Origin: an uncultured Verrucomicrobia subdivision 3 bacterium
GTDB taxonomy: Bacteria > Verrucomicrobiota > Verrucomicrobiia > Limisphaerales > UBA11358
Direction: 5' to 3'
Length of the DNA: 64,000 nucleotides
Assembly: GCA_903917705.1 (NCBI GenBank)
Contig: CAIXBQ010000141.1
Span: 26,861-90,860, forward strand
The translations under genes and the position numbers were made by a program. Under the pieces are notes generated by a model that was not told the DNA's origin, did no database searches, and saw only the letters and a list, made by a program, of their open reading frames with translations. This document shows, one piece after another, positions 47,990-58,651 of the stretch. Every line of letters starts with the position of its first letter. The first letter of the stretch is position 1.

Positions 47990-50137
47990 ATGAAAATCAT
48001 CACACTCGCGCTTATTCTCTCCGGGGCGTCGGCATTCGCGTCAGAAAATGTGCTCTGGTATGACAAACCGGCGGCACCCGGCATGAACGAAGCCTTGACT
48101 GTTGGCGGCGGAAAATTCGGGGGACTCATCTATGGCGCGCCCGACCGCGAGCGCGTCGTGCTCAATGAAATCTCGCTGTGGACCGGCAGCGAAATCTCCA
48201 CCAGCGACTACGACAAGATGGGTGCCTACCAGATGCTCGGCGAACTTCTCGTGGAATTGCCCGATCACAAAAACGCCACCAGCTACCGGCGCGCGCTCGA
48301 CATCGGCACGGCGATTCACACCGTCAGCTATAAAATCGGCGATGTGACCTACCGGCGCGAGGCGTTTGCATCGCACGCGGACGGCGTGATGGTGATAAAG
48401 TTATTGGCGGACAAGCCGGGCGCATACACGGGAACGATCCGGCTTGCGGGTGCGCACGCGGAAACGACAAGCGCGGAGAAAAATGCGCTGGGGTTTTCGG
48501 GCGAGCTGAACAATGGGCTGAAATATCGGGCGATGCTCGAAGCAGTGCACGACGGAGGCTCGGTCGAAGCAGGCGACGGAACGCTTGAATTCAAGAACTG
48601 TAACAACATCACGCTGTTGGTCGCCGCAGCGACCGACTATGTGATGGATTATTCCAAGCACTATCGCGACGGCGATCCGCAGGTGATCGTCACTAAAATG
48701 CTGGCTGCGCGAGGAAAAGCGTTTGATGAATTGAAGGCCGCGCACATCAAAGATTATCAATCGTTCTTCAATCGTGTGTCGCTGGATGTCGGGGCGACCC
48801 CGGCAGACCGGCTGGCGTTGCCGACGAACAAACGCAAGGTGCTGGAAAACCAGAAAGGCGGCGACCCGGAGCTGGAAGAACTTCTTTTTCAATATGGCCG
48901 CTACCTGCTGATTTCGTGCTCGCGGCCCGGCGGTTTGCCCGCGAATTTGCAGGGTTTGTGGAACGACAGCAATAATCCGATGTGGCATTCGGATTACCAC
49001 GCGAACATCAACATTCAAATGAACTACTGGCCTGCCGAACCGGCGAATCTCGGCGATTGCCACACGCCGCTGTTCGATTTGATCACCAGCCAGCTTCCCG
49101 CGTGGCGCAAGGCGACTGCGGAAGAAAAGCGTTTCCAGACCGCCGATGGAAAATCGCACGGCTGGGCCGTGCGCACTTCGCACGGCATCCACGGCGATCT
49201 GGGCTGGGAGTGGGACATCTCCGCGAACGCGTGGTATTGCCAACACTTCTGGATGCACTACGAATTTTGCGGCGACAAGGTGTGGCTGAAAAATGTCGCC
49301 TATCCGGTGATCAAGGAAACCTGCGAGTTCTGGGCGGCGCGATTGAAATCGCTGCCCGACGGAAAGCTGGTTGTCCCGAACGGCTGGTCCCCGGAGCACG
49401 GCCCGCACGAAGATGGCGTCAGTTACAACCAGCAAATCGTCTGGGATCTCTTTAACAACTACGTCTCTGCGAGCACGGTGCTTGGCGTTGACGCGGACTA
49501 CCGGCAGAAAATTTCTGCGATGCGCGACCAGCTTCTCGGCCCGGAAATTGGAAAATGGGGTCAGCTTCAAGAATGGACGGTGGATCGCGACGACCCGAAC
49601 GACCACCATCGCCACACCTCGCATTTGTTCGCCGTATTTCCCGGCAAGCAAATCAGCATCGCCAAGACGCCGGAGTTCGCGGCAGCCGCGAAAAAATCGC
49701 TCGATGCGCGCGGCACCGCAGCGGATAGCGACGTGAAAGAATGGTCGTTCGCGTGGCGCTGCGCGCTCTACGCGCGCCTTCACGACGGCGAAAGCGCGCA
49801 CCGCATGCTGCAAATGCTTTTCGCCGACCGCAACACCTGCCACAATCTCTTCGGCCTTCACCCGCCGATGCAGTTGGACGGAAATTTTGGAATCACCGCC
49901 GGTGTTTGCGAAATGCTGTTGCAATCGCACGAAGGCGAAATCAACTTGCTGCCCGCGATTCCCGCCGCCTGGTCCTCCGGCAAAGTCACCGGGCTGCGCG
50001 CGCGCGGCGGATTCACCGTGGACATCGAATGGAAGAACGGCAAGGTCACGAACTATCGCATCGCCTCACTCCGGTCGCAGGAGGTCAAGGTGCGGGTCAA
50101 CGGCGAAACCAAAACCGTCCGTTCCCTCCAACAGTAA
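47990..50137 (+). CDS. Glycoside hydrolase family 95 (alpha-L-fucosidase-type)
   Basis: Signal peptide. [49 protein letters not shown]. Typical GH95. Confidence 0.8.
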   Translation: MKIITLALILSGASAFASENVLWYDKPAAPGMNEALTVGGGKFGGLIYGAPDRERVVLNEISLWTGSEISTSDYDKMGAYQMLGELLVELPDHKNATSYRRALDIGTAIHTVSYKIGDVTYRREAFASHADGVMVIKLLADKPGAYTGTIRLAGAHAETTSAEKNALGFSGELNNGLKYRAMLEAVHDGGSVEAGDGTLEFKNCNNITLLVAAATDYVMDYSKHYRDGDPQVIVTKMLAARGKAFDELKAAHIKDYQSFFNRVSLDVGATPADRLALPTNKRKVLENQKGGDPELEELLFQYGRYLLISCSRPGGLPANLQGLWNDSNNPMWHSDYHANINIQMNYWPAEPANLGDCHTPLFDLITSQLPAWRKATAEEKRFQTADGKSHGWAVRTSHGIHGDLGWEWDISANAWYCQHFWMHYEFCGDKVWLKNVAYPVIKETCEFWAARLKSLPDGKLVVPNGWSPEHGPHEDGVSYNQQIVWDLFNNYVSASTVLGVDADYRQKISAMRDQLLGPEIGKWGQLQEWTVDRDDPNDHHRHTSHLFAVFPGKQISIAKTPEFAAAAKKSLDARGTAADSDVKEWSFAWRCALYARLHDGESAHRMLQMLFADRNTCHNLFGLHPPMQLDGNFGITAGVCEMLLQSHEGEINLLPAIPAAWSSGKVTGLRARGGFTVDIEWKNGKVTNYRIASLRSQEVKVRVNGETKTVRSLQQ

Positions 50138-50254
50138 GGAAACTCCAGGTCAGCCTGTGAATGAAAACCATTGTTATTTTACAGTCGCCGCATTCTTGGC
50201 AGAGAGCTGCTGAATGCTTTGGTAATAGCAGCCTATAACTGAAAGAATTCTGTC

Positions 50255-51382
50255 ATGAACAACATCCCAATCACCGGTCCCTCAATCGCCACGCCGTCCG
50301 TGCGCCTGACCTCAATTGACGCGTTGCGCGGTTTCGACATGCTGTGGATCACCGGCGGCGCGGGAGTCGTCTGCGCGCTTGCGCGGCTGATTTGCCCGGA
50401 CTCATCTTTTTTCAGGGAACAGTTCGAGCATGTGAATTGGGTCGGGATGCGTTTTGAGGATTTGATCATGCCGCTATTCATGTTTCTGGCGGGAGTATCC
50501 CTGCCATTCTCGGTGGCAAGCCGATTGGCAAAGAATCCATCGAAGTGGCATCTCTGGGGCCACATTCTGAAGCGCATCCTGCTGTTGTGGATTTTTGGGA
50601 TGGCGGTTCAGGGAAATCTGCTGAGTTGGAATCCGGACAATTGGGTTTACTACAGCAACACGCTCCAGGCGATTGCCGCCGGATTTTTGATCGCCTGTTT
50701 GTTTCATCTCTATGCGTCGCTGCGGTGGCAGTATATCGGAGCCGCCCTGCTGCTGTTGATAAGTTGGGCGGTCTATGCGTGGATTCCGGCGCCCGGCAGG
50801 CTGGCTGGCGATTATACCGAGGGCGGCAATATCGCGATCTGGATTGACCATTATCTCATGGGGAATCATCAAGACGGAACCCCATATTCTTGGATTTTCA
50901 GCAGTCTCAACTTCGGGGTGACGACCATGCTCGGCATGTTCGCCGGGTGCCTGTTGCGGAGGGCGGACTGGTCGGGCAACCGCAAGACGTTGTGGCTGGC
51001 CGGTGCCGGGACGGCGGCAATTTTGCTTTCACTATGCTGGGCTCCATTTCACCCGATCATCAAACACATTTGGACCGGCTCGTTTACGCTGTTGTCGGGC
51101 GGCATCAGCCTGATGCTGCTGGCGCTTTTCTATTGGGTGATTGATGTGAAGGGGTTTCAGCGGTGGAGTTATTTCTTTGTGGTCATCGGCTCCAATGCGA
51201 TTGCCGCTTACATGTTGAACAGCATCGCGCCCATTGGCCAGTTGAGCGGCCGGCTCTTCAATGGTCTTGACCATTGGCTTTCCGGCGGCACGAAGTCGTT
51301 GGTTCACGCCGCCGGCCCGGTGCTGGTGCTTTGGCTCATTTTGTGGCTCCTGCGCCGGCACAAGATATTCCTGAAGGTGTGA
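50255..51382 (+). CDS. DUF5009/heparan-alpha-glucosaminide N-acetyltransferase-like membrane acyltransferase
   Basis: RLTSIDALRGFDMLWI motif and about 10 TM helices. Confidence 0.65.
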   Translation: MNNIPITGPSIATPSVRLTSIDALRGFDMLWITGGAGVVCALARLICPDSSFFREQFEHVNWVGMRFEDLIMPLFMFLAGVSLPFSVASRLAKNPSKWHLWGHILKRILLLWIFGMAVQGNLLSWNPDNWVYYSNTLQAIAAGFLIACLFHLYASLRWQYIGAALLLLISWAVYAWIPAPGRLAGDYTEGGNIAIWIDHYLMGNHQDGTPYSWIFSSLNFGVTTMLGMFAGCLLRRADWSGNRKTLWLAGAGTAAILLSLCWAPFHPIIKHIWTGSFTLLSGGISLMLLALFYWVIDVKGFQRWSYFFVVIGSNAIAAYMLNSIAPIGQLSGRLFNGLDHWLSGGTKSLVHAAGPVLVLWLILWLLRRHKIFLKV

Positions 51383-51451
51383 TTTCGTGTGGAAGAGGAC
51401 AACGGCGAGACGAAGTTTGAAGGTTTTTAGCAAGCAGAAAGAAATACTCAA

Positions 51452-53458
51452 ATGCGATACCAATTCCTGATCGGTTGTAGCGCATTCCTCCTAATCAATT
51501 CCATCGCATGTGCCGCTTTCCCGGACATCGTGCCCGCGCCGCGCGAATGGATGACCAAGGGCGATGCGCCAGCAACGGTTGCGCTCGACAAGATGGATCA
51601 CCTGGTCATAGACCGCCGGTTCAAAGCGACGTTCGAACCAGTCGGCAAGTTGTATAAGATGCAACGGCGGTCGTTGAAGATGAGTGCGGGCAATGCCGTC
51701 TTCTCTGGATCGGATAAAAAGGTAAACGGGCTTTTCCTCTCGCTTGACAATGCCTTGCCGAAAAGTGGCTATCGTCTGGACATCTCCAACTCCGGCATCA
51801 TCATCTCCGCGCAATCCGCAGAAGGCGCGGTTTATGCGGTCCAGACTTTGATTCAGGTCATGGCCCAAAAGAAGCCTTTGCCGGAAGGCGTTCTTACCGA
51901 TTATCCCGACTTGCCGAAACGCATCCTCATGCTTGATGTCGGACGCAAGCCGGTGACGAAGGAAGAACTCAAAGATTACATCCGCATGATGGCCTGGTAT
52001 AAGTTCAACGAACTGCACCTCCATCTCAACGACGAGGCTTTTGGAAACACCTACGCCGCCTTCCGCATCAAAACCAAAACTTACCCGGAGCTGGCCGCCA
52101 AGGATGTCGCCTACAGTGCCGAAGATCTGCGCGAATTGCAGGATTTTGCCAAGATGTATGCGATCAACATCATGCCCGAGATAGACATCCCTGGCCATTC
52201 GGAAGCCTTCGTCAACCTTTGGCCGGACCTCTCCTTTCGCGGCCAACCGACCTATCTTGATGTCAACAATCCCGAAGTGAAAGTCCGGCTCAAAAAACTG
52301 TTCGACGAGGTGATTCCGATGTTCGATTCATCCGACTTCCACATAGGCACTGATGAATACCGGGTCAAGTGCAACCCGGGCGAGAAAAAAAAGCTGATAG
52401 ATGACTTCATGAATTTCGCCAATGAAATGACCGCCTATGTCGAGTCGAAAGGGAAAACCTGTCGTATGTGGTATGGGGATTATCCCGACCATCGCGTTTC
52501 GGCCATCAAACCCCGTCCCTCGGTCATCCTCGACATCTGGAACATCCACAAAAATGTGAAAGAGGCGACTTACGGCAACCGAATCATTCACTCCGACGAA
52601 AGTTTCACCTATCTCGTCCCCGGAGCGCACTATTACGGCATTGATAATCGCCGTGTCTATCAGGACTGGAATCCGCGAGAAGTCGGCGATTTCGATACTG
52701 TCGGCACCGATCTGCTCGTCGGCGCAAAGGTTCATGTCTGGCCCGATCTTGGTCCCTCTGGTTATTTGAATACAGAAATTGCAGGTTTACTGCTTCCCTC
52801 GTTGCAGGTCTTTGCCGAACGGATGTGGGGGAGTCACGCCTCCTCCGATTATGAGGAATTCCAAAAACGCGCCGCCCGCACCTTGCCGATCCCGGAGGTT
52901 AGATTGCTGGCGCGGATTCCCGCGAATACCGAACTTTACCGGCATGAGCAGCCGGTCGCACTCAACGATGTCAACGCCAGCGAGGCGATCGCTGACGCAA
53001 ACGGCAACAACCTCGAATACCCCTGGACGCTCTCGTTTGAACTCAAAAAAACGCAGGACACCGGCAAGCGCGGCGTCATCCTTTCCTCTGATTGGGTCGA
53101 AATCTGCTCCGACCTTAAAATGAGCGATATTGTCCGAGCCGACGGCGACAAGCCCGGGATTGGGGTGGTGCGTGCCAGCGGCGGCCCAACCGTCAAAGAC
53201 GCCGATCCGACTCAATATTATCTTTCCAAGGATACCAGCTACTCCAGCGGCGAGCTGCTGCCCCTGAACCAATGGGCCAGGTTGACCATCGTTGCAGAGC
53301 AGGGGAAGACGACGTTCTATCTTGACGGTAAAAAGATCGGCGAGACCAACAACCAACTCATCTGTCCCCTCCTCCGATTCGGTAGCCGCAATGGAAACAG
53401 CTTCGTCGGCGAAATTACGAACCTTCACTTGCGGTCCGGCAATCGATCTGATCCGTAG
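51452..53458 (+). CDS. Glycoside hydrolase family 20 beta-N-acetylhexosaminidase with a C-terminal LamG-like domain
   Basis: MLDVGRK...KFNELHLHLNDE...PEIDIPGHSEAF...HIGTDEY. Confidence 0.8.
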   Translation: MRYQFLIGCSAFLLINSIACAAFPDIVPAPREWMTKGDAPATVALDKMDHLVIDRRFKATFEPVGKLYKMQRRSLKMSAGNAVFSGSDKKVNGLFLSLDNALPKSGYRLDISNSGIIISAQSAEGAVYAVQTLIQVMAQKKPLPEGVLTDYPDLPKRILMLDVGRKPVTKEELKDYIRMMAWYKFNELHLHLNDEAFGNTYAAFRIKTKTYPELAAKDVAYSAEDLRELQDFAKMYAINIMPEIDIPGHSEAFVNLWPDLSFRGQPTYLDVNNPEVKVRLKKLFDEVIPMFDSSDFHIGTDEYRVKCNPGEKKKLIDDFMNFANEMTAYVESKGKTCRMWYGDYPDHRVSAIKPRPSVILDIWNIHKNVKEATYGNRIIHSDESFTYLVPGAHYYGIDNRRVYQDWNPREVGDFDTVGTDLLVGAKVHVWPDLGPSGYLNTEIAGLLLPSLQVFAERMWGSHASSDYEEFQKRAARTLPIPEVRLLARIPANTELYRHEQPVALNDVNASEAIADANGNNLEYPWTLSFELKKTQDTGKRGVILSSDWVEICSDLKMSDIVRADGDKPGIGVVRASGGPTVKDADPTQYYLSKDTSYSSGELLPLNQWARLTIVAEQGKTTFYLDGKKIGETNNQLICPLLRFGSRNGNSFVGEITNLHLRSGNRSDP

Positions 53459-53512
53459 CATCGGCATTTAATGACATTTTTCTTAACCATTAAAATAACC
53501 GAAAAAACATTC

Positions 53513-55006
53513 ATGTCCGCCATCATTAAAATACTCGTCCTGGCCGCCGTCATTCCGCTTGCCGGTTACGCCGGCGGTCAGGAATCCCTAATATCCGCGC
53601 CTCGACCAGATTCACTTCGTCAGCCCAACATCATCTACATCCTCTGCGACGACCTCGGCATCGGCGACCTTGGCTGTTACGGTCAAACAAAAATTCGGAC
53701 CCCCAACATTGACCAACTCGCTGCCGAAGGCATGCGCTTTACCAGACACTACTGCGGCTCCGCCGTCTGCGCCCCTTCCCGCTGCACGCTGATGACCGGA
53801 CTTCACACTGGCCATGCTTTTGTCCGCGATAACTTTGAAGTTCCGAACGCTGACGGCCAACTTCCCCTCCCGGCCGGAACCATCACCGTGGCGAAACTGC
53901 TCCAGCAGAACGGTTACGCCACCGCCATCATTGGCAAATGGGGCCTTGGAAATCCCGATTCGGATGGCGCACCGCTAAAACAAGGCTTCGACCACTCCTT
54001 CGGCCCCAACTGTCAGCGGGTCGCCCACTCCTACTACCCCGCCTATACTTGGTGCGATGACAAAATCATTCCTCTCAACCAAGGTTGCTCCGTCTCTACG
54101 GACGGACGTGTGCGAATTGCCCCAAACGACGACTCGAACAACCCTGCCAGCTACCGTCAATTCATCGGCAAGGACTACGTTCCCGACCTCCTGGAAAAAG
54201 ACGCCATCCACTGGATCAAAGCCAATAAAGACAAACCCTTCTTCCTCTATTACCCCACGCCAGTCCCCCATGCCGCCCTGCAAGTGCCGGAGGATTCCGT
54301 CGCCGAATACAAAGATAAGTTGGATGACAAGCCCTATCTCGGTAATCGTGGATACGTCCCCTGCCGCTATCCGCGCGCCACTTATGCCGCCATGATCACC
54401 CGCATGGACCGATCCATCGGCCGCATCCTGCAAACCGTCAAAGAACTTGGCCTCGACGACAACACTGTCATCATGTTCTGCTCTGATAACGGCCCCTCCG
54501 TTGAAGGCGGAGTCGACCCCGCCTATTTCAAATCCGCTCTTGGCCTCCGCGATCTCAAAGGTGCCCTTTACGAAGGCGGCATCCGCGCTCCCTTCATCGC
54601 CCGCTGGCCGGGCAAGATCAAACCCGGAACCACTTCCGACTATCTCTCCGCGATGTGGGATATTCTCCCCACGGCCTGCGAACTAGCCCACATTCAACCA
54701 CCCGCCAACGCTGACGGCCTTTCGCTCCTCCCGACCCTGCTGGCATTGCCCGACCAGAAAAAGCACGACTACCTCTACTGGGAATTCGACAACAAGCGCG
54801 CCATCGTCACCGCCGACGGCTGGAAAGGCATCAAGTTCCATCCCTCGCTCAAATTTGAACTCTACGACCTCAAGGATGATCCCTCGGAAAAGAAAAATGT
54901 CGCCAATGACCATCCCGAACTGGCCGCCAAAATCCAGAAAATGATGGATGAGGCCCACACCGATTCCACCGAGTTCCCCCTCGCCGGCCCCACACAAAAA
55001 AAGTAG
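53513..55006 (+). CDS. Arylsulfatase (formylglycine-dependent sulfatase family)
   Basis: PNIIYILCDDLG and the CAPSRCTLMTG (C-x-P-S-R) motif. Signal peptide from MSAIIKILVLAAVIPLAG. Confidence 0.85.
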   Translation: MSAIIKILVLAAVIPLAGYAGGQESLISAPRPDSLRQPNIIYILCDDLGIGDLGCYGQTKIRTPNIDQLAAEGMRFTRHYCGSAVCAPSRCTLMTGLHTGHAFVRDNFEVPNADGQLPLPAGTITVAKLLQQNGYATAIIGKWGLGNPDSDGAPLKQGFDHSFGPNCQRVAHSYYPAYTWCDDKIIPLNQGCSVSTDGRVRIAPNDDSNNPASYRQFIGKDYVPDLLEKDAIHWIKANKDKPFFLYYPTPVPHAALQVPEDSVAEYKDKLDDKPYLGNRGYVPCRYPRATYAAMITRMDRSIGRILQTVKELGLDDNTVIMFCSDNGPSVEGGVDPAYFKSALGLRDLKGALYEGGIRAPFIARWPGKIKPGTTSDYLSAMWDILPTACELAHIQPPANADGLSLLPTLLALPDQKKHDYLYWEFDNKRAIVTADGWKGIKFHPSLKFELYDLKDDPSEKKNVANDHPELAAKIQKMMDEAHTDSTEFPLAGPTQKK

Positions 55007-55051
55007 GACTGGCTAACGTTCCCAGAAATGGCCCGACCAGCAAACTTGAAT

Positions 55052-58000
55052 ATGAAAGGAATTAAGCAGTCCAAACCAATTCAAATTGCCGTCCTCGTAT
55101 CGGTTCTTTCCTTCTGCACATGTGCCTTGGCGTCGGAAGAACAGGGAGATATCCGGCTTCCTGCCGACGGCCACCCCCGCGAGGAGATTTCCGGCCCACG
55201 ACAACATTTGACGATCAATCGTGAGTGGAAATTTCTGATGCAGGATGTGGCGAACGGCCAGGCACAGGGTTTGAACGATGCCGCTTGGCGTCCGATCAAC
55301 CTCCCGCACTCGTTTTCCATTCCCTACTTCATGCGGGAGAAAGTTTACAATGGTTACGGCTGGTATCGAAAAGAGATTGAAATCCCCGCCGCATGGTCTG
55401 GCAAGCGGATCGCCCTTGAGTTCGAAGGCGTCTTCATCGAATCCGAACTCTTCGTCAACGGCAAAAAAGTCGGCCACCATGTCGGCGGATACACGGGCTT
55501 CGAGTTCGACATCACGCCGTTTGTCATCGTCGGCAAAAACATCATCGCCGTCCGAGTCAACAACCTGTGGAAGCCTGATGTCGCTCCGCGCGCCGGCGAC
55601 CACCAGTTCTCCGGCGGCATCTACCGCGATGCCTACCTCAATGTCACCGACAAACTCCATGTGGACTGGTGCGGCACTTTCGTCACTACGTCCAAATGTT
55701 CCAAAGAATCCGCCATCATCAATGCCCAGACCGAGGTGCGCAACGACTACGCCCAGGACAAGCGTTGCCGTGTGAACACGACCGTTTTTGATCCCGATGG
55801 CAAACCGGTTCTCTCCGCCACCAACGAACTCACCGTCAAGGCCGGCACTGTCGAAACTCTTTCGCAGGATTTCGCCGAACTGAAGAATCCGCGTCTGTGG
55901 TCGCCCAAAATTCCGAACCTCTACCAAGCGACAACCCGCATTTCCAACCTTGAAGGCAAATTGCTCGACACTTGCGAAACCACTTTCGGCATCCGCTTCT
56001 TCGAGTGGACGGCTGACCGGGGATTCTTTCTCAACGGCGAACACCTCTATCTTCTCGGCGCCGATGCCCACCAGGACCACGCCGGCTGGGGCGACGCCGT
56101 TGCCAATGCCGGCTTCGAGCGCGATGTCAAGCTGATGAAAGCGGCGGGCTTCAACTGCATTCGTGGCAGCCATTACCCGCACGATCCGGCCTTCGTGCAA
56201 GCCTGCGACCGCCTCGGCGTCATTTACTTTTCCGAAAACGCCTTCTGGGGCATGGGCGGCGGCTCCGGTGATCGCGATGGCTGGGGCACTCCGTCTTCCA
56301 GTTGCTATCCGGTGCAAACGAAAGACCAGGATCGCTTCGACCAAAGCGTCCTCGACCAGCTTGTCGCCATGATCAAAATCCATCGCAACAGCCCCGCCAT
56401 CATCGCCTGGAGCATGTCGAACGAACCTTTCTTCACCGACGGGCCGACCGTGCCGCGCATGAAAGCCCTGCTGATCAAAGCGACCGAACTGGCCCGCAGA
56501 CAGGATCCCTCCCGGTTCGTCGCCATCGGCGGTGCCCAACGCGCCGGCATTGACAAGCTCGGACAGAACCAGATTGCGTTTTACAACGGCGACGGAGCCA
56601 CCTTCAAGAATCCGGGTGTCCCCAATTTCGTCTCCGAATACGGAAGCTTTTCCTCCAGCCGCCCCGGCAAGTTTGCCCCGCTCTGGGGCGAACTTGGCAA
56701 TGGCTGGGAGCGCCCCACCTGGCGCGGCGGCCAGGCCATCTGGTGCGGTTTCGACCACGGCACCGTCGGCGGCTGGGGTCTCGCGGCCATGGGATTAGTT
56801 GATTATTTCCGTCTCCCTAAACGTCAATACGAATGGTATCGCCAAGCCTACGGACAAGGCATCAAAACGCCGGTTGAACCTGTCTGGCCCGTCTCCGGCA
56901 CTCCCGCTAAACTCAATATCGAAGCCGACAAAATCGTCATCAACTCCACCGACGGCACCGATGACGTCCAAATCATCGTCACCGTTTGCGATCGTAATGG
57001 CAAACACATCAACAACAATGTTCCGGTCACGCTGAAAGTCATCACCGGCCCCGGCGAATTTCCCACCGGCTCCGCCATCACCTTCAAACCGCCCGGCAAC
57101 GGTGATGCCTCCGACATTCAAATTCTTGAAGGCCAATGCGCCATCGAATTCCGTTCCTATTACGCCGGAACCGCAGTCGTCGAAGCCAGTTCTCCCGGCC
57201 TCGAACCCGCCCGCATTTCGCTGACCGTGAATGGATCGCATCCATGGATTGAAGGCAAAACACCCGCCGCGCCGGAACGCCCCTATCACCGTTTCCAAGC
57301 CGCAGACTTGTCTCCCGCAGTCTCCGAAATGCTTCTGGCCGCCAACCGTCCATGCTGGGTCAGTTCCGGAAAGGACAAAAGTGCCGTCAACGACGGTTCC
57401 GCCGCCACCAGTTGGATTCCGAATGCCGACGACACGGAAAAATGGTGGAAACTCGACACGGAGGCCACCTACTCATTCAACCGCATTCAGATCACGTTCC
57501 CCAAACCCGCTATTTATCGCTACGTCATCGAGACTTCGCCCGACGGCAGCCAATGGAAGCAGGTCGTCAACCAAAGCGCCAACGATGAAACGGTTGCCTC
57601 GCAAATGCACGTCGGCGATCTCGGTCGCGATTCCCGTTTCATCCGCGTCAGGTTTCTTTCCCAAGCGGCCGGCATAGCGGAAATCTGTCTCGGTGGCGCC
57701 GGCAGACTGCCGAAGAAAGACGGTCTCCTTTCCGGCACGGTCATCGGCGTCAGCGGTTCCTGGGAGGACGACCCGAAATCCACCCGCGACGCCGCGTTCG
57801 ACTTTGATCCCGAAACCTTTTTCGACGCCCCCGCCGACACCGCTGTTCCTTGGGTTGGACTCGACCTCGGTTCGCCCACCACCGTCGCATTGATCAAATT
57901 TGTTCCCCGGCAAAACCTCCCTGAACGCTGCCGCAACGGCTGTTTCGAGGGAGCCAACCTACCCGACTTTTCCGACGCCGTCACATTGGCTGAAATCACC

Positions 58001-58129
58001 GCCAAACCCAAGACCGGAGAAAACACCATCAAGGTCGAACAGACTCAAAAATTTCGCTATCTCCGCTTCCGTTCCAACAAGAACGGCAACGGCAACATTG
58101 CCGAAATCGAATTCTACGGCGGCCGGTAA
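55052..58129 (+). CDS. Glycoside hydrolase family 2 with C-terminal F5/8 type C domains
   Basis: GH2 motifs (WYRKEIEIP..GKRIALEFEGV, FNCIRGSHYPHD, NSPAIIAWSMSNE). The C-terminus has two discoidin-like segments. An alternative start exists at 55028. Confidence 0.8.
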   Translation: MKGIKQSKPIQIAVLVSVLSFCTCALASEEQGDIRLPADGHPREEISGPRQHLTINREWKFLMQDVANGQAQGLNDAAWRPINLPHSFSIPYFMREKVYNGYGWYRKEIEIPAAWSGKRIALEFEGVFIESELFVNGKKVGHHVGGYTGFEFDITPFVIVGKNIIAVRVNNLWKPDVAPRAGDHQFSGGIYRDAYLNVTDKLHVDWCGTFVTTSKCSKESAIINAQTEVRNDYAQDKRCRVNTTVFDPDGKPVLSATNELTVKAGTVETLSQDFAELKNPRLWSPKIPNLYQATTRISNLEGKLLDTCETTFGIRFFEWTADRGFFLNGEHLYLLGADAHQDHAGWGDAVANAGFERDVKLMKAAGFNCIRGSHYPHDPAFVQACDRLGVIYFSENAFWGMGGGSGDRDGWGTPSSSCYPVQTKDQDRFDQSVLDQLVAMIKIHRNSPAIIAWSMSNEPFFTDGPTVPRMKALLIKATELARRQDPSRFVAIGGAQRAGIDKLGQNQIAFYNGDGATFKNPGVPNFVSEYGSFSSSRPGKFAPLWGELGNGWERPTWRGGQAIWCGFDHGTVGGWGLAAMGLVDYFRLPKRQYEWYRQAYGQGIKTPVEPVWPVSGTPAKLNIEADKIVINSTDGTDDVQIIVTVCDRNGKHINNNVPVTLKVITGPGEFPTGSAITFKPPGNGDASDIQILEGQCAIEFRSYYAGTAVVEASSPGLEPARISLTVNGSHPWIEGKTPAAPERPYHRFQAADLSPAVSEMLLAANRPCWVSSGKDKSAVNDGSAATSWIPNADDTEKWWKLDTEATYSFNRIQITFPKPAIYRYVIETSPDGSQWKQVVNQSANDETVASQMHVGDLGRDSRFIRVRFLSQAAGIAEICLGGAGRLPKKDGLLSGTVIGVSGSWEDDPKSTRDAAFDFDPETFFDAPADTAVPWVGLDLGSPTTVALIKFVPRQNLPERCRNGCFEGANLPDFSDAVTLAEITAKPKTGENTIKVEQTQKFRYLRFRSNKNGNGNIAEIEFYGGR

Positions 58130-58270
58130 AGTTCACAGGAAAATCCTTCTCACCCCACGGCAGTTCACAGGAAACGTGGAATGGTCGGCAACCGACGAAT
58201 TGCTTCCCACCGGAACGCCCCCCTTTCAGGAATTGCATAACGATTTACCGGAAGCGCCATATCTTTTGTT
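58130..58270. promoter_or_regulatory. Second copy of the conserved CAGGAA-containing element, upstream of the giant surface-protein gene
   Basis: AGTTCACAGGAAA at 58130 and 58162. TCAGGAATTGCATAACGATTTACCGGAAGCGCCATATCTTTTGTTC at 58226..58270. Confidence 0.5.
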
Positions 58271-58651
58271 CGGCCCCGGGTGCTAAATTCAACGCAAATG
58301 AAAAGCATATCTCTTGAACCTGGCTCAAGTTCGACGCCTAAATTGGAGCGCTCAACAAAACACCCGGCGCGTCCGGTCAGAAAAGCCAAAGTTGGGAAAA
58401 ACAAAAAGGTTAAGTTGGATGGTCGCCCATTGGCCTCGTTCAAGATCATGGAAACCATGTTGTAGTTGGCCATACTGGCGGCGCTTCTGCTCGGCAACTG
58501 GCGTTAGGACAGTTTTAGTGAAAAAAGACAGCACCGATGCGGTGATAAGAATAAGTGACGGTAAATACAAGTTAATATGAGATATATGCACGGATCCATT
58601 TTGCGTGCCTTTGTTGTTCAACCCAATTGATTTCAAACCATATTAATCCAT

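Noticed and set aside
55013-56758. 581-aa minus ORF, together with similar long antisense ORFs (48401..49930, 58643..59704, 59708..60682, 36054..37682, 17268..18290, 30174..31265, 31352..32428)
   Set aside because: Each lies opposite a gene with strong family motifs and translates to Arg/Gly/Ala/Val-rich low-complexity sequence.
58298-58465. Small basic ORF in the leader of the giant gene (MKSISLEPGSSSTPKLERSTKHPARPVRKAKVGKNKK...)
   Set aside because: There is no recognisable family or ribosome-binding context. It is mentioned under the leader finding but not called as a gene.
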